DNA of 64,000 bases from Candidatus Dojkabacteria bacterium. GTDB taxonomy: Bacteria > Patescibacteriota > Dojkabacteria > SC72. The translations under genes were made by a program, and so were the position numbers. Location: contig JAXGRK010000002.1 of NCBI GenBank assembly GCA_040765985.1, forward strand, positions 9,940 to 73,939. The letters run 5' to 3'. The notes beneath the pieces are model-generated. The model did not search any database, was not told where the DNA came from, and saw only the letters and a list, made by a program, of their open reading frames with translations. Positions 1 through 9,224 of the stretch are shown here, in pieces (position 1 is the first letter of the stretch; each line of letters starts with the position of its first letter).

Positions 1-232
1 AAATATGACTAATCTTTAACTCCTCTTTATCAACACTAAACAACTCTCTTGCACTTGCTATGGCTGAAAGTAGGGCCTTTTTTAGAGCAAGTGTACCCTT
101 CTTATTTGTTAGCTGTAATATATCCAATGCTTCAACAACATTTTTTCCTCTTATCAAATCAGCCACTAATCGTAATTTCTGTGGTGACTGAGCTAAATTT
201 TTTACTTTTATTTTTGTTCTTTTAGTTTCCAT
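1..232 (-). CDS. rplV: 50S ribosomal protein L22 (3' end outside window)
   Basis: Manual translation METKRTKIKVKNLAQSPQKLRLVADLIRGKNVVEALDIL; follows rpsS in S10 operon order. Confidence 0.95.
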   Translation of the reverse strand, partial: METKRTKIKVKNLAQSPQKLRLVADLIRGKNVVEALDILQLTNKKGTLALKKALLSAIASARELFSVDKEELKISHI

Positions 233-237
233 ATTTT

Positions 238-558
238 CTATTCTTTACTTGAACCCTCTTCGAATCTACCGCTACTACCATATACCTTAGCTAACTTACC
301 CTTTTTGGCATGGCCTCTAAACTTCCTTGTCTGAGAAAATTCTCCTAATCTATGCCCTATCATTGATTCTTCTATTAATACCTCTTCATGCTTCTTACCG
401 TTATGGACACCAAATGTTAAGCCAACCATCTGTGGTGTAATAGTGGAGGCCCTTGCCCATGTTTTAATTGGCTTTCTATTACCACTACTTAAAGCAAGCT
501 CTACTTTCTTCTGTAATTTTTCATCTATATATGCTCCTTTTTTTAGCGATCTAGACAT
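238..558 (-). CDS. rpsS: 30S ribosomal protein S19
   Basis: MSRSLKKG...[10 protein letters not shown]...VHNGK...GHRLGEFS; short C-terminal extension. Confidence 0.98.
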   Translation of the reverse strand: MSRSLKKGAYIDEKLQKKVELALSSGNRKPIKTWARASTITPQMVGLTFGVHNGKKHEEVLIEESMIGHRLGEFSQTRKFRGHAKKGKLAKVYGSSGRFEEGSSKE

Positions 559-575
559 ATTTGTTTACTTCTAAA

Positions 576-1424
576 TTATTTCTTAGCAAAAGGTCTCTGA
601 ATACTTCTTCTCCTTTTGATAATCATCTTTTCTGTTCTTCTATTCTTTCTTGTTCTAGTTCCAATTCTGTTACCCCAAATATCTTTAGCCGTACCAATTA
701 CTCCCTTTCCTTCACCACCACCATGTGGATGTTCAACTGCATGCATTGCCATACCTCTGACAACTGGTCTCCAGCCCAAGTTTCTTTTTCTTCCTGCTTT
801 CCCCAATTTTACATTTACTCTCTCTTCATTACCTACTTGACCAATAGTGGCCATAGCGTTTGCAGGAACAAGTCTAATTTCCCCAGAAGACATTTTAATC
901 TGTACATACTTTCCTGTAGGATCTATACCCTGTACAACAATTGCCTGACCTGCAGATCTACCAAAGGTAGCACCCATACCAACCTTATTCTCTACACAAT
1001 GAACAATGGTTCCAGATGGAATGTTTTTAATCATCATTGCGTTACCAGGTAGTACATCTACCTTTTCCCCAGATATTATTACACTTCCTATATTAATATC
1101 TCGAGGTGCAATTATATATCTTTTATCTCCATCTGCATACTGTAAAAGAGCCAAATTAGCACTTCTATTTGGATCAAAATAAAATCCTAAAACCTTGGCC
1201 TCTATACCAAACTTATCTCTCTTAAAGTCTATCTTTCTTACTCTTCTCTTAAAACCTCCTCCTCTATGTCTAATAGTGATTTTGCCTTGATTATTTCTTC
1301 CTGATTTCTGTTTTTTAGCAATAGATAACGCTCTTGGGCCACCTGTCTTCTCTAACATTGACCTATCCTCTAACTTTGTTCCTCTTAATGTAGAAGTTGT
1401 AGCTTTAAATGTTCTAACTTTCAT
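576..1424 (-). CDS. rplB: 50S ribosomal protein L2
   Basis: GRNNQGKITIRHRGGG, DPNRSA, VRGMAM..VEHPHGGGEG. Confidence 0.99.
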   Translation of the reverse strand: MKVRTFKATTSTLRGTKLEDRSMLEKTGGPRALSIAKKQKSGRNNQGKITIRHRGGGFKRRVRKIDFKRDKFGIEAKVLGFYFDPNRSANLALLQYADGDKRYIIAPRDINIGSVIISGEKVDVLPGNAMMIKNIPSGTIVHCVENKVGMGATFGRSAGQAIVVQGIDPTGKYVQIKMSSGEIRLVPANAMATIGQVGNEERVNVKLGKAGRKRNLGWRPVVRGMAMHAVEHPHGGGEGKGVIGTAKDIWGNRIGTRTRKNRRTEKMIIKRRRSIQRPFAKK

Positions 1425-1720
1425 TATTTTATATTTAAGAATTCATCAATTTTATCTCCTTTTTTTAGAGTAACTACTGCTTTTCTTTTATCTTCTTTTC
1501 TAAATGCCTTATTAGTTTTCCATTCCTTAAATCCTTTTCCTGGTTTTATTGTAATGTTTACACTTAACACCTTAACTTTGTATTTCTTCTCTACAGCTTT
1601 CTTTATTTCAATTTTGTTAATACCATTATCAACAAAGAAAACATACTTATTACTCTCATTTGCAAGAGCATAGCTTTTCTCTGAAACTACTGGTTTTAAC
1701 ATTATCTCTTTACTTTCCAT
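1424..1720 (-). CDS. rplW: 50S ribosomal protein L23
   Basis: PVVSEKS, NKIEIKKAVE, RKAVVTL; operon position. Confidence 0.97.
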   Translation of the reverse strand: MESKEIMLKPVVSEKSYALANESNKYVFFVDNGINKIEIKKAVEKKYKVKVLSVNITIKPGKGFKEWKTNKAFRKEDKRKAVVTLKKGDKIDEFLNIK

Positions 1721-2315
1721 TTAAAAGACGACTTTCTAATTTATCTACTGCTTTTTTATCCATTACTATCTCTCTGTTACCTACAATATGTTTAACATTT
1801 ACTCTCATTGGAGTTATGACATTTATTTTTTCACTATTTCTTAATGCTAACCTAACTTTATCATCATCAGATATTATCAATGTTTTAACAGATATATCCT
1901 TAGTCATTAACTTTCTAATATCTTTTAACTCCTTATCTTTATCTGTATTTACAAACTTAACAGCATCATTTCTATTTCTATCTGAAAGAACTACACACAT
2001 AGCTTTCTTAACCATTCCTTTGTTAATATTTCTTTTCCAATTTCTTTCATTAGGACCAAATGCAACACCACCACCTACCCATAGAGGGGACCTTATAGAC
2101 CCAGATCTTGCTCTTCCTGTACCTTTCTGTTTCCATGGTTTCCTACCACCTCCAGATACATCACCCTTTCCTTTAACAGCTGATGTCCCTTTTCTTTCAT
2201 TACTTGAGAATACAGAAAGTACTTGAGAAACCAAATCTGCATTGTAAGGAACATTCCAGACCTTTGGATTTAACTTAATCTCTTCAGTTTTGGTCTTTTT
2301 TACTTTCTCTGCCAT
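1710..2315 (-). CDS. rplD: 50S ribosomal protein L4
   Basis: VSGGGRKPWKQKGTGRARSGSIRSPLWVGGGVAFGP. Confidence 0.98.
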   Translation of the reverse strand: MAEKVKKTKTEEIKLNPKVWNVPYNADLVSQVLSVFSSNERKGTSAVKGKGDVSGGGRKPWKQKGTGRARSGSIRSPLWVGGGVAFGPNERNWKRNINKGMVKKAMCVVLSDRNRNDAVKFVNTDKDKELKDIRKLMTKDISVKTLIISDDDKVRLALRNSEKINVITPMRVNVKHIVGNREIVMDKKAVDKLESRLLNGK

Positions 2316-2317
2316 TT

Positions 2318-2904
2318 CTATTTTTCAATATATATTTTTACTAAATCTCCATTTGAACCAGGTATTGGTCCACTAATTAAAATGTGGTTATCTTTAATAC
2401 CAACTATTCTCTTATTTTTAATTGTCACCTTGTCTGAACCCATTCTTCCACCCATTCTAGTTCCTTTAAATACTCTACCTGGATCTGTACCTGCGCCAAT
2501 AGAACCAGGAGCTCTCAACCTATCTGATTGTCCGTGTGTTCTAGGCCCTCCTTTAAATCCATGCCTTTTTACTACACCTGCAAAACCCTTACCCTTAGAC
2601 ACACCACTTACTGTAACAATATCACCCTCATTAAATGTCTCTGCTACTAAGTCACTTCCTAAAGCTAAGCCCTCTGGTAACTCTCCCTCAACAAGCCATT
2701 TGTGCATAGGGACATATCCAAGTTCTTTGTATTGGCCTAGTTGTGCTTTTGTACCTTTCTTTTACTACCTAAAGTAAGTTCAATCTTGTCACCTTTAACA
2801 TTGGCTATCTTACATCCAGCAACATCAATAAAAGTAACAGGTATTGCCCTGTCTTTCTCGAATATCCTTGTCATTCCTTTTTTAATTCCTAATATTGCTT
2901 TCAT
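2318..2904 (-). CDS. rplC: 50S ribosomal protein L3 (one indel near 2760, probably sequencing error)
   Basis: N-terminus MKAILGIKKGMTRIF from ATG at 2904; C-terminal ORF has SKGKGFAGVVKRHGF, HG, RAPGSIG; frame break in an A-rich run. Confidence 0.95.
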
Positions 2905-2915
2905 ATTTTTTTTAA

Positions 2916-3227
2916 TTATTGAATCTCAAGTCCCACACCAGCTGGCATTTGTAGATGCTGTAATGCATCTATTGTCTTAGGTGTTGGATCAATGATATCT
3001 ATTACTCTCTTGTGAGTAGCTATCTCAAAGTGTTCAATTGAACTCTTATAGATAAATGGTGACCTGTTAACAGCCAATTTCCTCTTTCTTGTTGGTAAAG
3101 GAATAGGACCAGCTACCTTAGCACCTGTACTAATAGCAGTCTCTATAATGCTTTTAGAGGATTTATCCAATACTACTGCATCATATCCTTTTAACTTTAC
3201 TCTGATTTTTGAACCTCTTTCACTCAT
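2916..3227 (-). CDS. rpsJ: 30S ribosomal protein S10
   Basis: [28 protein letters not shown]. Confidence 0.98.
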   Translation of the reverse strand: MSERGSKIRVKLKGYDAVVLDKSSKSIIETAISTGAKVAGPIPLPTRKRKLAVNRSPFIYKSSIEHFEIATHKRVIDIIDPTPKTIDALQHLQMPAGVGLEIQ

Positions 3228-3263
3228 TCTATCTTAAAGAGCTAAATTAATTTTTTTTATATA

Positions 3264-3287
3264 TACAGGGAGCTAACGCTCCCTGTA
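3264..3287. other. Perfect 10-bp hairpin between tuf and rpsJ
   Basis: TACAGGGAGC-TAAC-GCTCCCTGTA; no U-tract follows on the coding (minus) strand. Confidence 0.7.
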
Positions 3288-3301
3288 AATAATCTTTGTA
3301 A

Positions 3302-4468
3302 TTACTTGATAACCTCAGTTACAATACCCTTTCCTACTGTTTGACCACCCTCTCTAATTGCGAAACCTTGTCCCTTTTCTATTACAACTGGAGCCATAAG
3401 CTTTACTGTAAATTCTGTATTATCTCCTGGAGCTACCATTTCAATTCCCTCAGCCAATGTAACTTCACCAGTTACGTCTGCTGTTCTGACATAGAACTGT
3501 GGTTTGTATCCAGTTATAAATGGAGTATGTCTTCCACCTTCATCTTTACTTAAGATATATACCTCTGCCTTGAAATCAGTATGAGTTTGTACAGAACCTG
3601 GTAAAGAAAGTGTTTGACCTCTTTCTACATCAGTTCTCTTTAAACCTCTTAACAATATTCCAACGTTATCTCCTGCCTGACAATCTTTCATTGATTTGTT
3701 GAACATTTCAATTCCTGTTGCAGCTGTTTTCTGTGGCTTTCTTCCCATTCCTAATATCTCTACATCATCGTTAAGTTTGAGAACTCCTCTTTCAATTCTT
3801 CCTGTTACAACTGTTCCTCTTCCTTCGATAGAGAATACATCTTCAATTGGCATTAAGAATGGTTTCTCAATATCCCTCTCTGGTATTGGGATAAATTCGT
3901 CAACAGCTTTCATCAATTCTCTCGCAGATGCCAATCCTTCCTCTTCACCTTTCTCTGCTTTTAGTGCATTACCAATTATTACTGGAGCGTTTGCATCATA
4001 TCCGTATTTTGCTAAAAGATCTGATACATCTGCTTTGATCAATTCTAATATTTCCTCGTCTGCATCTCCGAATTTATTAATAAATACAACCATCTTTGGA
4101 ACACCTACCTGCTTTGCAAGTAAGATATGCTCTTTTGTTTGAGGCATAGCACCATCATCAGATGATACAACTAATATTGCACCATCCATTTGAGCTGCAC
4201 CTGTAATCATATTTTTGATGTAGTCTTTGTGTCCTGGGCAATCTACTAATGCGTAGTGTCTAGTGTCTGTTTCAAACTCGACATGAGCTACTGCAACAGT
4301 AATAGATTTTGCTCTTGACTCTGGGTCTTTATCTAATTTATCGATCATTTTATCTTTCTCTCCAGAGAAAGCATTAAGAATACCTCTAACCAAAGTTGTC
4401 TTACCGTGATCGATATGACCTAAGGTTCCGATATTCATATGTGGCTTTGTTCTTGTAAAGTCTGCCAT
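3302..4468 (-). CDS. tuf: Elongation factor Tu (divergent)
   Basis: [54 protein letters not shown]. Confidence 0.98.
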   Translation of the reverse strand: MADFTRTKPHMNIGTLGHIDHGKTTLVRGILNAFSGEKDKMIDKLDKDPESRAKSITVAVAHVEFETDTRHYALVDCPGHKDYIKNMITGAAQMDGAILVVSSDDGAMPQTKEHILLAKQVGVPKMVVFINKFGDADEEILELIKADVSDLLAKYGYDANAPVIIGNALKAEKGEEEGLASARELMKAVDEFIPIPERDIEKPFLMPIEDVFSIEGRGTVVTGRIERGVLKLNDDVEILGMGRKPQKTAATGIEMFNKSMKDCQAGDNVGILLRGLKRTDVERGQTLSLPGSVQTHTDFKAEVYILSKDEGGRHTPFITGYKPQFYVRTADVTGEVTLAEGIEMVAPGDNTEFTVKLMAPVVIEKGQGFAIREGGQTVGKGIVTEVIK

Positions 4469-4545
4469 TTAAATATTTAATTAATTTATATATATTTATT
4501 AACAACGCAATACTCACCGAACACCATTCCGCGAGCTTGCGTTGA

Positions 4546-4574
4546 ATATTATCAAAAAGCCCCGATATATGCAA
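4546..4574 (-). promoter_or_regulatory. Putative sigma70 promoter for tuf/S10 operon
   Basis: Minus strand TTGCAT-17 nt-TAATAT with TG extended -10. Confidence 0.6.
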
Positions 4575-4624
4575 GTGTTTAAGGTGTATTTTGATATATA
4601 TGGGATACTCTTAATACAAATCTT

Positions 4625-6721
4625 TTACTTTTTAACTCCAGCTACCTCCTCTGCTACATTTTTTGGCACTTCTGCATAGTGTGATGGCTCCATACTTGCA
4701 CTACCTCTACCGCTAGTTAAAGACCTTAATTCACTTGTATATCCAAAGAGTTCTGAAAGTGGGACTAGCGCATTTATTACTGTAATACCATTTCCAATAT
4801 CTTCTGTACCTTGAATTTGACCTCTCTTACTACTTAATGATCCCGTAACATCTCCCATGTATTGCTGAGGTACTTCTACTGCTACATCCATAATTGGTTC
4901 TAAAAGAATAGGGGTTGCCCTTCTACATCCCTCTTTAAATGCCATAGATGCAGCAACCTTGAAAGCTGCTTCAGAAGAGTCGACCTCATGATAGGATCCA
5001 TCAAAAAGGGTAACTTTAACATCTACAACAGGGAAACCTGCAACTACTCCGGCCTTCATAGTTTCTTCAACACCCTTTTGTATTGGAGCTATATACTCTC
5101 TTGGAATAGCTCCTCCCTTGATAGCGTTTATAAATTCGAAACCTTTACCCATTTCGTTAGGCTCAATCTTTAACCAACAGTGTCCGTACTGTCCCTTACC
5201 TCCAGATTGTTTAATATATTTACCCTCTGCCTGTTCACAAACAGATTTAACCGTTTCTCTATATGCTACCTGTGGTTTACCGACATTAGCAACAACATTA
5301 AACTCTCTTTTCATTCTATCTACCATAATTTCAAGATGTAACTCACCCATACCTGAGATAATGGTTTGACCTGTTTCAATATTACTCTCAACTCTAAATG
5401 TTGGATCTTCTTTAACTAATCTAATTAAAGCCTCAGACATCTTCTCTTCATCTGACTTCGTAGCAGGTTCTATGGCCTGAGATACGACTGGCTCTGCAAA
5501 TACAATCTGTTCCAATATTATTGGATTACTCTCATCACAAAGAGTATCTCCTGTAACAGAAGCTTTAAGTCCAACTATTGCTCCGATATCTCCAGCTCTT
5601 AATGTGTCAACCTCTTCTCTATCATCTGCATGCATAAGGACTAACCTACTAATTCTCTCTCGAATATTTTTAGTCGAATTGTATACATATGAACCCGAAT
5701 TTACTGTTCCAGAGTACACTCTAAAATATGAAAGGTTCCCTATATGTGAATCATTGACAATCTTGAAAACTAATCCAGAGAATGGCTCACCCTCTTCGGG
5801 TTTTCTTTCGATTTCTGCACCACTTTTTGGATGGTCTCCTTGCACAGGAGGAACATCTAAAGGAGATGGTAAGCACAAAGAGATGTAATCTAGGATTGTT
5901 CTTGCCATAATAGTTCTTGAATCCCCACCCAATACTGGGAATATTTTACTTTCCAAAGTACCTTTTCTTAAGGCGACTTTCAATTCGTCAACCGAAATCT
6001 CTTCTCCCGCAAAAAACTTCTCCATTAACTTATCATCCATTTCAACCAATGCCTCTATCAATGTAGCCCTTTGTTCCTGGGCCTTACTCTTTAAATCTTC
6101 AGGTATGGGGATTTCTTTTATCTCTTGAGAATCTGCTGAGTCATATTCGAATGCTTTATTTAGAAGTAAATCAACATATCCATGTAGTTCACTCTCTCTT
6201 CCTATTGGGATATTTAGTGCAACGGCTTTGTTACTAAGTCTTTTTTTAATAGTATCAAAACTCTTATCAAAATCTCCACCTATTAAATTAATCTTATTTA
6301 AGAAACATATTCTTGGAACATGATATTTATTTGCTTGCCTCCATACAGTTTCAGATTGTGGCTCAACACCCTTTCTTCCATCAAAGATTACTACCGCACC
6401 ATCTAATACTCTTAATGATCTTTCTACTTCAGCAGTAAAGTCTACGTGCCCTGGGGTATCTATGATATTGATTCTGTATCTTTTAGAATCATAGTCCCAG
6501 AAACATGTAACAGCGGCAGATTGAATTGTAATACCTCTTTCTTGCTCTTGTTCCATAAAGTCGGTAGTTGCTGCACCCTCATGTACTTCACCCATCTTAT
6601 GGATTTGACCAGTATAGAATAGAAGCCGTTCAGTTGTAGTAGTCTTACCAGCATCAATATGAGCAATAATTCCAATATTTCTTATCTGCTCTAATGGCAT
6701 TTTTATATCATAGGTTTGCAT
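4625..6721 (-). CDS. fusA: Elongation factor G
   Basis: [48 protein letters not shown]; ATG at 6721 preferred over TTG at 6727. Confidence 0.99.
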   Translation of the reverse strand: MQTYDIKMPLEQIRNIGIIAHIDAGKTTTTERLLFYTGQIHKMGEVHEGAATTDFMEQEQERGITIQSAAVTCFWDYDSKRYRINIIDTPGHVDFTAEVERSLRVLDGAVVIFDGRKGVEPQSETVWRQANKYHVPRICFLNKINLIGGDFDKSFDTIKKRLSNKAVALNIPIGRESELHGYVDLLLNKAFEYDSADSQEIKEIPIPEDLKSKAQEQRATLIEALVEMDDKLMEKFFAGEEISVDELKVALRKGTLESKIFPVLGGDSRTIMARTILDYISLCLPSPLDVPPVQGDHPKSGAEIERKPEEGEPFSGLVFKIVNDSHIGNLSYFRVYSGTVNSGSYVYNSTKNIRERISRLVLMHADDREEVDTLRAGDIGAIVGLKASVTGDTLCDESNPIILEQIVFAEPVVSQAIEPATKSDEEKMSEALIRLVKEDPTFRVESNIETGQTIISGMGELHLEIMVDRMKREFNVVANVGKPQVAYRETVKSVCEQAEGKYIKQSGGKGQYGHCWLKIEPNEMGKGFEFINAIKGGAIPREYIAPIQKGVEETMKAGVVAGFPVVDVKVTLFDGSYHEVDSSEAAFKVAASMAFKEGCRRATPILLEPIMDVAVEVPQQYMGDVTGSLSSKRGQIQGTEDIGNGITVINALVPLSELFGYTSELRSLTSGRGSASMEPSHYAEVPKNVAEEVAGVKK

Positions 6722-6779
6722 ATCCAAAAATCATTAAATTAAAACCTAATATGAGAACTTAGGATTACACGCGGTATGG

Positions 6780-6788
6780 ATTATAACA
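6780..6788 (-). promoter_or_regulatory. Extended -10 promoter upstream of fusA
   Basis: TGTTATAAT on minus strand just after the TPR gene stop, ~60 nt before the fusA start. Confidence 0.55.
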
Positions 6789-6790
6789 GA

Positions 6791-8221
6791 CTAATCGATT
6801 TGAGCCAATAGCTTTTGTGCTTCTATTGATATTTCTCCATCCAAATCATACTCTATTGCCTTTTTAGCAAAATCTCTGGCCTCATCTAATTGTCCTTTCT
6901 CAAAGAAAAGTCTGGCAGATAGTAGATTGTAACCAGGGTTATATTTATCTAACTCCCAAAATATATCTAAGGTTTTTTGTGCTTCATCAAGCTCCGAGTT
7001 ATCAATAAGATACTCCCCTTTGAGGTATAGATACTCGAGTTTCTGTGTTTTATCTAATTCTTCATAATCAATAGAGTTCATGTAGTATTCGAATTTTTCA
7101 CTATCATTTCTTAGAGAATATATATTCATGTAATATATCTGTATCCAAAATTCGTTGAATATATTTCCAGCAATTTTAGTAACTTCTAGGCCCTTTTCAG
7201 TAAGATTCTCATCAACAAGAATATTGAGATACTCTCTAAACAATTCTACCTCTGCCTTATTACCCCCATAGGAGATAGCACTATCATAATATGCTGTGGC
7301 ATTATTCAAATCATCTTTTAAGTAGTAGCTTCTTGCAAGAATCCAGTATATATACTGATTAAGATCACTAAGTGTAGATAAATTTTCTAATACCTCAATA
7401 CTTTTCTCATATTGCCCATACTCAAAATATCCCTTCCCTAATATATACAAACCATCAATATATTCACCCATATCATTTAAATGTGGTTCCAACAAAGCGA
7501 TTGTTAAGTAAGGATACTGAGCATCAATATAGTACTTACCTAGTTTTGTGCCATTGAATAGGACATCTTCGTTAAGTGTATCTAAAACTGATATCCAATC
7601 TGAATACTCCTCCCTCCATTCATCTCCGGGTTCAATATCTTTAATTGAAGATTTAGCTTTCTCAAAGTTACCCAATGCTTCAATATACGAAAGTAATAGT
7701 TTTGCTTCTATTTGCATATCCCCATCAAAATTTTCTTGTAACATAGATTTAGCTTCTTCAATCTTTCCTTTTTGAATATAGCTTTTTCCAAGACCAAGTA
7801 AAGCTTCTTTATTACCAGAATCCATACTCTTCGCTAATTGATAGTTGTATAGAGCTCTCTCGTAGTTACCTACTAGATATTGTTGCTCACCAACGGAAGA
7901 GTAAAGTATGGACCTATCTTTATCATCTAACTCAACACCAGATTCATCTATTAACTTAGTAGCATCTTCCAATCTATTCTTTAAGATAAAGATGTCTACA
8001 ATACCTTGAAGTGCCTCTGGTCTTGAAGGGATTAAATCAACAGCTGTGCTTAATTTCTCAATAGCTGGAGTATACTCCTTGCCATCAATTAAAATATTGG
8101 CATCTGAGATAAGTATGTCGTATTCATTCATCTTTTCTTCAGACACAGTACAACCAGACAGAAGGAATCCACATACAACAACTATTGTAAATAGAGATAA
8201 ATTTTTTAATATATTTTTCAT
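6791..8221 (-). CDS. TPR-repeat lipoprotein
   Basis: Signal peptide with lipobox LLSGC; repeated TPR-like helices (ALLGLGKSYIQKGKIEEA, YILGKGYFEYGQYEKSI). Confidence 0.85.
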   Translation of the reverse strand: MKNILKNLSLFTIVVVCGFLLSGCTVSEEKMNEYDILISDANILIDGKEYTPAIEKLSTAVDLIPSRPEALQGIVDIFILKNRLEDATKLIDESGVELDDKDRSILYSSVGEQQYLVGNYERALYNYQLAKSMDSGNKEALLGLGKSYIQKGKIEEAKSMLQENFDGDMQIEAKLLLSYIEALGNFEKAKSSIKDIEPGDEWREEYSDWISVLDTLNEDVLFNGTKLGKYYIDAQYPYLTIALLEPHLNDMGEYIDGLYILGKGYFEYGQYEKSIEVLENLSTLSDLNQYIYWILARSYYLKDDLNNATAYYDSAISYGGNKAEVELFREYLNILVDENLTEKGLEVTKIAGNIFNEFWIQIYYMNIYSLRNDSEKFEYYMNSIDYEELDKTQKLEYLYLKGEYLIDNSELDEAQKTLDIFWELDKYNPGYNLLSARLFFEKGQLDEARDFAKKAIEYDLDGEISIEAQKLLAQID

Positions 8222-8291
8222 ATTTCCTATTGTACATAAGTTTTTACAATCATGCTATACTTTGACTACTCCCATAATATATGGAGTCAGT

Positions 8292-9224
8292 ATGGACGCT
8301 AACATATACTACAAACAAAAGAAAAGGAGCACACTAATCCCGATCCTATTTTCCCTCATATTTGGATTTCTTTTTATTTTTTTCCTTTCCAATATAGATA
8401 TGGTCGTATTTGCTCAACAGGAAAAATATCTTTCTGATTCCGAATTTAAAAATATTTCCTTTATACCAAGCTTGAATACTACGAACCCTTCGAGTGGCCT
8501 AAAACTAATTACCATAGTAAAGGATGATACCGTTTACAAAATAATTACTAAATCATCAGATATATTCCAAATATTCAGAGAAAACGACATATTACTTGAC
8601 GAGAAAGATGTTGTTACTTTAAGTACACAGTATATTCAAAATGGAACTATTATTACTGTTGTGAGAACAGATAAGATAATAGTTTTTAAATTTATAGATG
8701 TAGCGTATAAAACCCAAACTGTAGAAAATAGTGCATATCTTAAGGGTCAAAAAAATATTAAACAGAAAGGAATAAATGGAGTAATGAAACAGAAATTACT
8801 TAATACTTATGAGAATGGGTATCTAGTTGAAAGTATATTAATATCTGAAGAGATTGATATACAACCTGTAAATGAAATAATTGAATTAGGAACATCCGAT
8901 TTTCTCTTAAAAGATATTGAAAAAAGAGATTATGACTGTCCTTTCTGGTACTCCGTGGTTGATTCTGGACCATACAGTGAGGAAGAAAAAAAATGGCTAA
9001 AGTTTATTATGTACTGCGAATCTGGATGTAATGCAGAATCTGATAAAGGAACATACAAAGGTCTATTTCAATGGAGTCCATATTGGTGGAAGAAACAGTT
9101 TCCAGAAAATATTTTTGATGGATATGCACAGATTAAACATACTATCGAAAAATATAGGGCTGGGGAATCTACTAGAAGAAATCAGTGGCCAGCATGTCAT
9201 TCTAGATATCTTGAAAACAATTAA
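8292..9224 (+). CDS. RpfB/YabE-like membrane protein: DUF348 + G5 + lysozyme-like transglycosylase domain
   Basis: N-terminal TM; G5 pattern (QKGING...QPVNEIIELGT); C-terminal IMYCESG...GLFQW...QWPAC; start moved to ATG 8292 to avoid overlap. Confidence 0.75.
   Translation: MDANIYYKQKKRSTLIPILFSLIFGFLFIFFLSNIDMVVFAQQEKYLSDSEFKNISFIPSLNTTNPSSGLKLITIVKDDTVYKIITKSSDIFQIFRENDILLDEKDVVTLSTQYIQNGTIITVVRTDKIIVFKFIDVAYKTQTVENSAYLKGQKNIKQKGINGVMKQKLLNTYENGYLVESILISEEIDIQPVNEIIELGTSDFLLKDIEKRDYDCPFWYSVVDSGPYSEEEKKWLKFIMYCESGCNAESDKGTYKGLFQWSPYWWKKQFPENIFDGYAQIKHTIEKYRAGESTRRNQWPACHSRYLENN

Noticed and set aside
2740-2780. Programmed frameshift or pseudogene in rplC
   Set aside because: Single missing base in an A-rich run of an essential gene; the same pattern recurs in pnp, rpsT, lepA, recF, LCP, VirB4 and sortase, consistent with sequencing error
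561-6675. Antisense and alternate-frame ORFs over ribosomal and elongation factor genes
   Set aside because: Shadow ORFs of conserved genes with no recognisable motifs; the same applies to the other short overlapping ORFs in the track
8046-8291. N-terminal 82 aa of the 392 aa ORF
   Set aside because: Overlaps the divergent TPR gene; ATG at 8292 gives a normal N-terminal anchor
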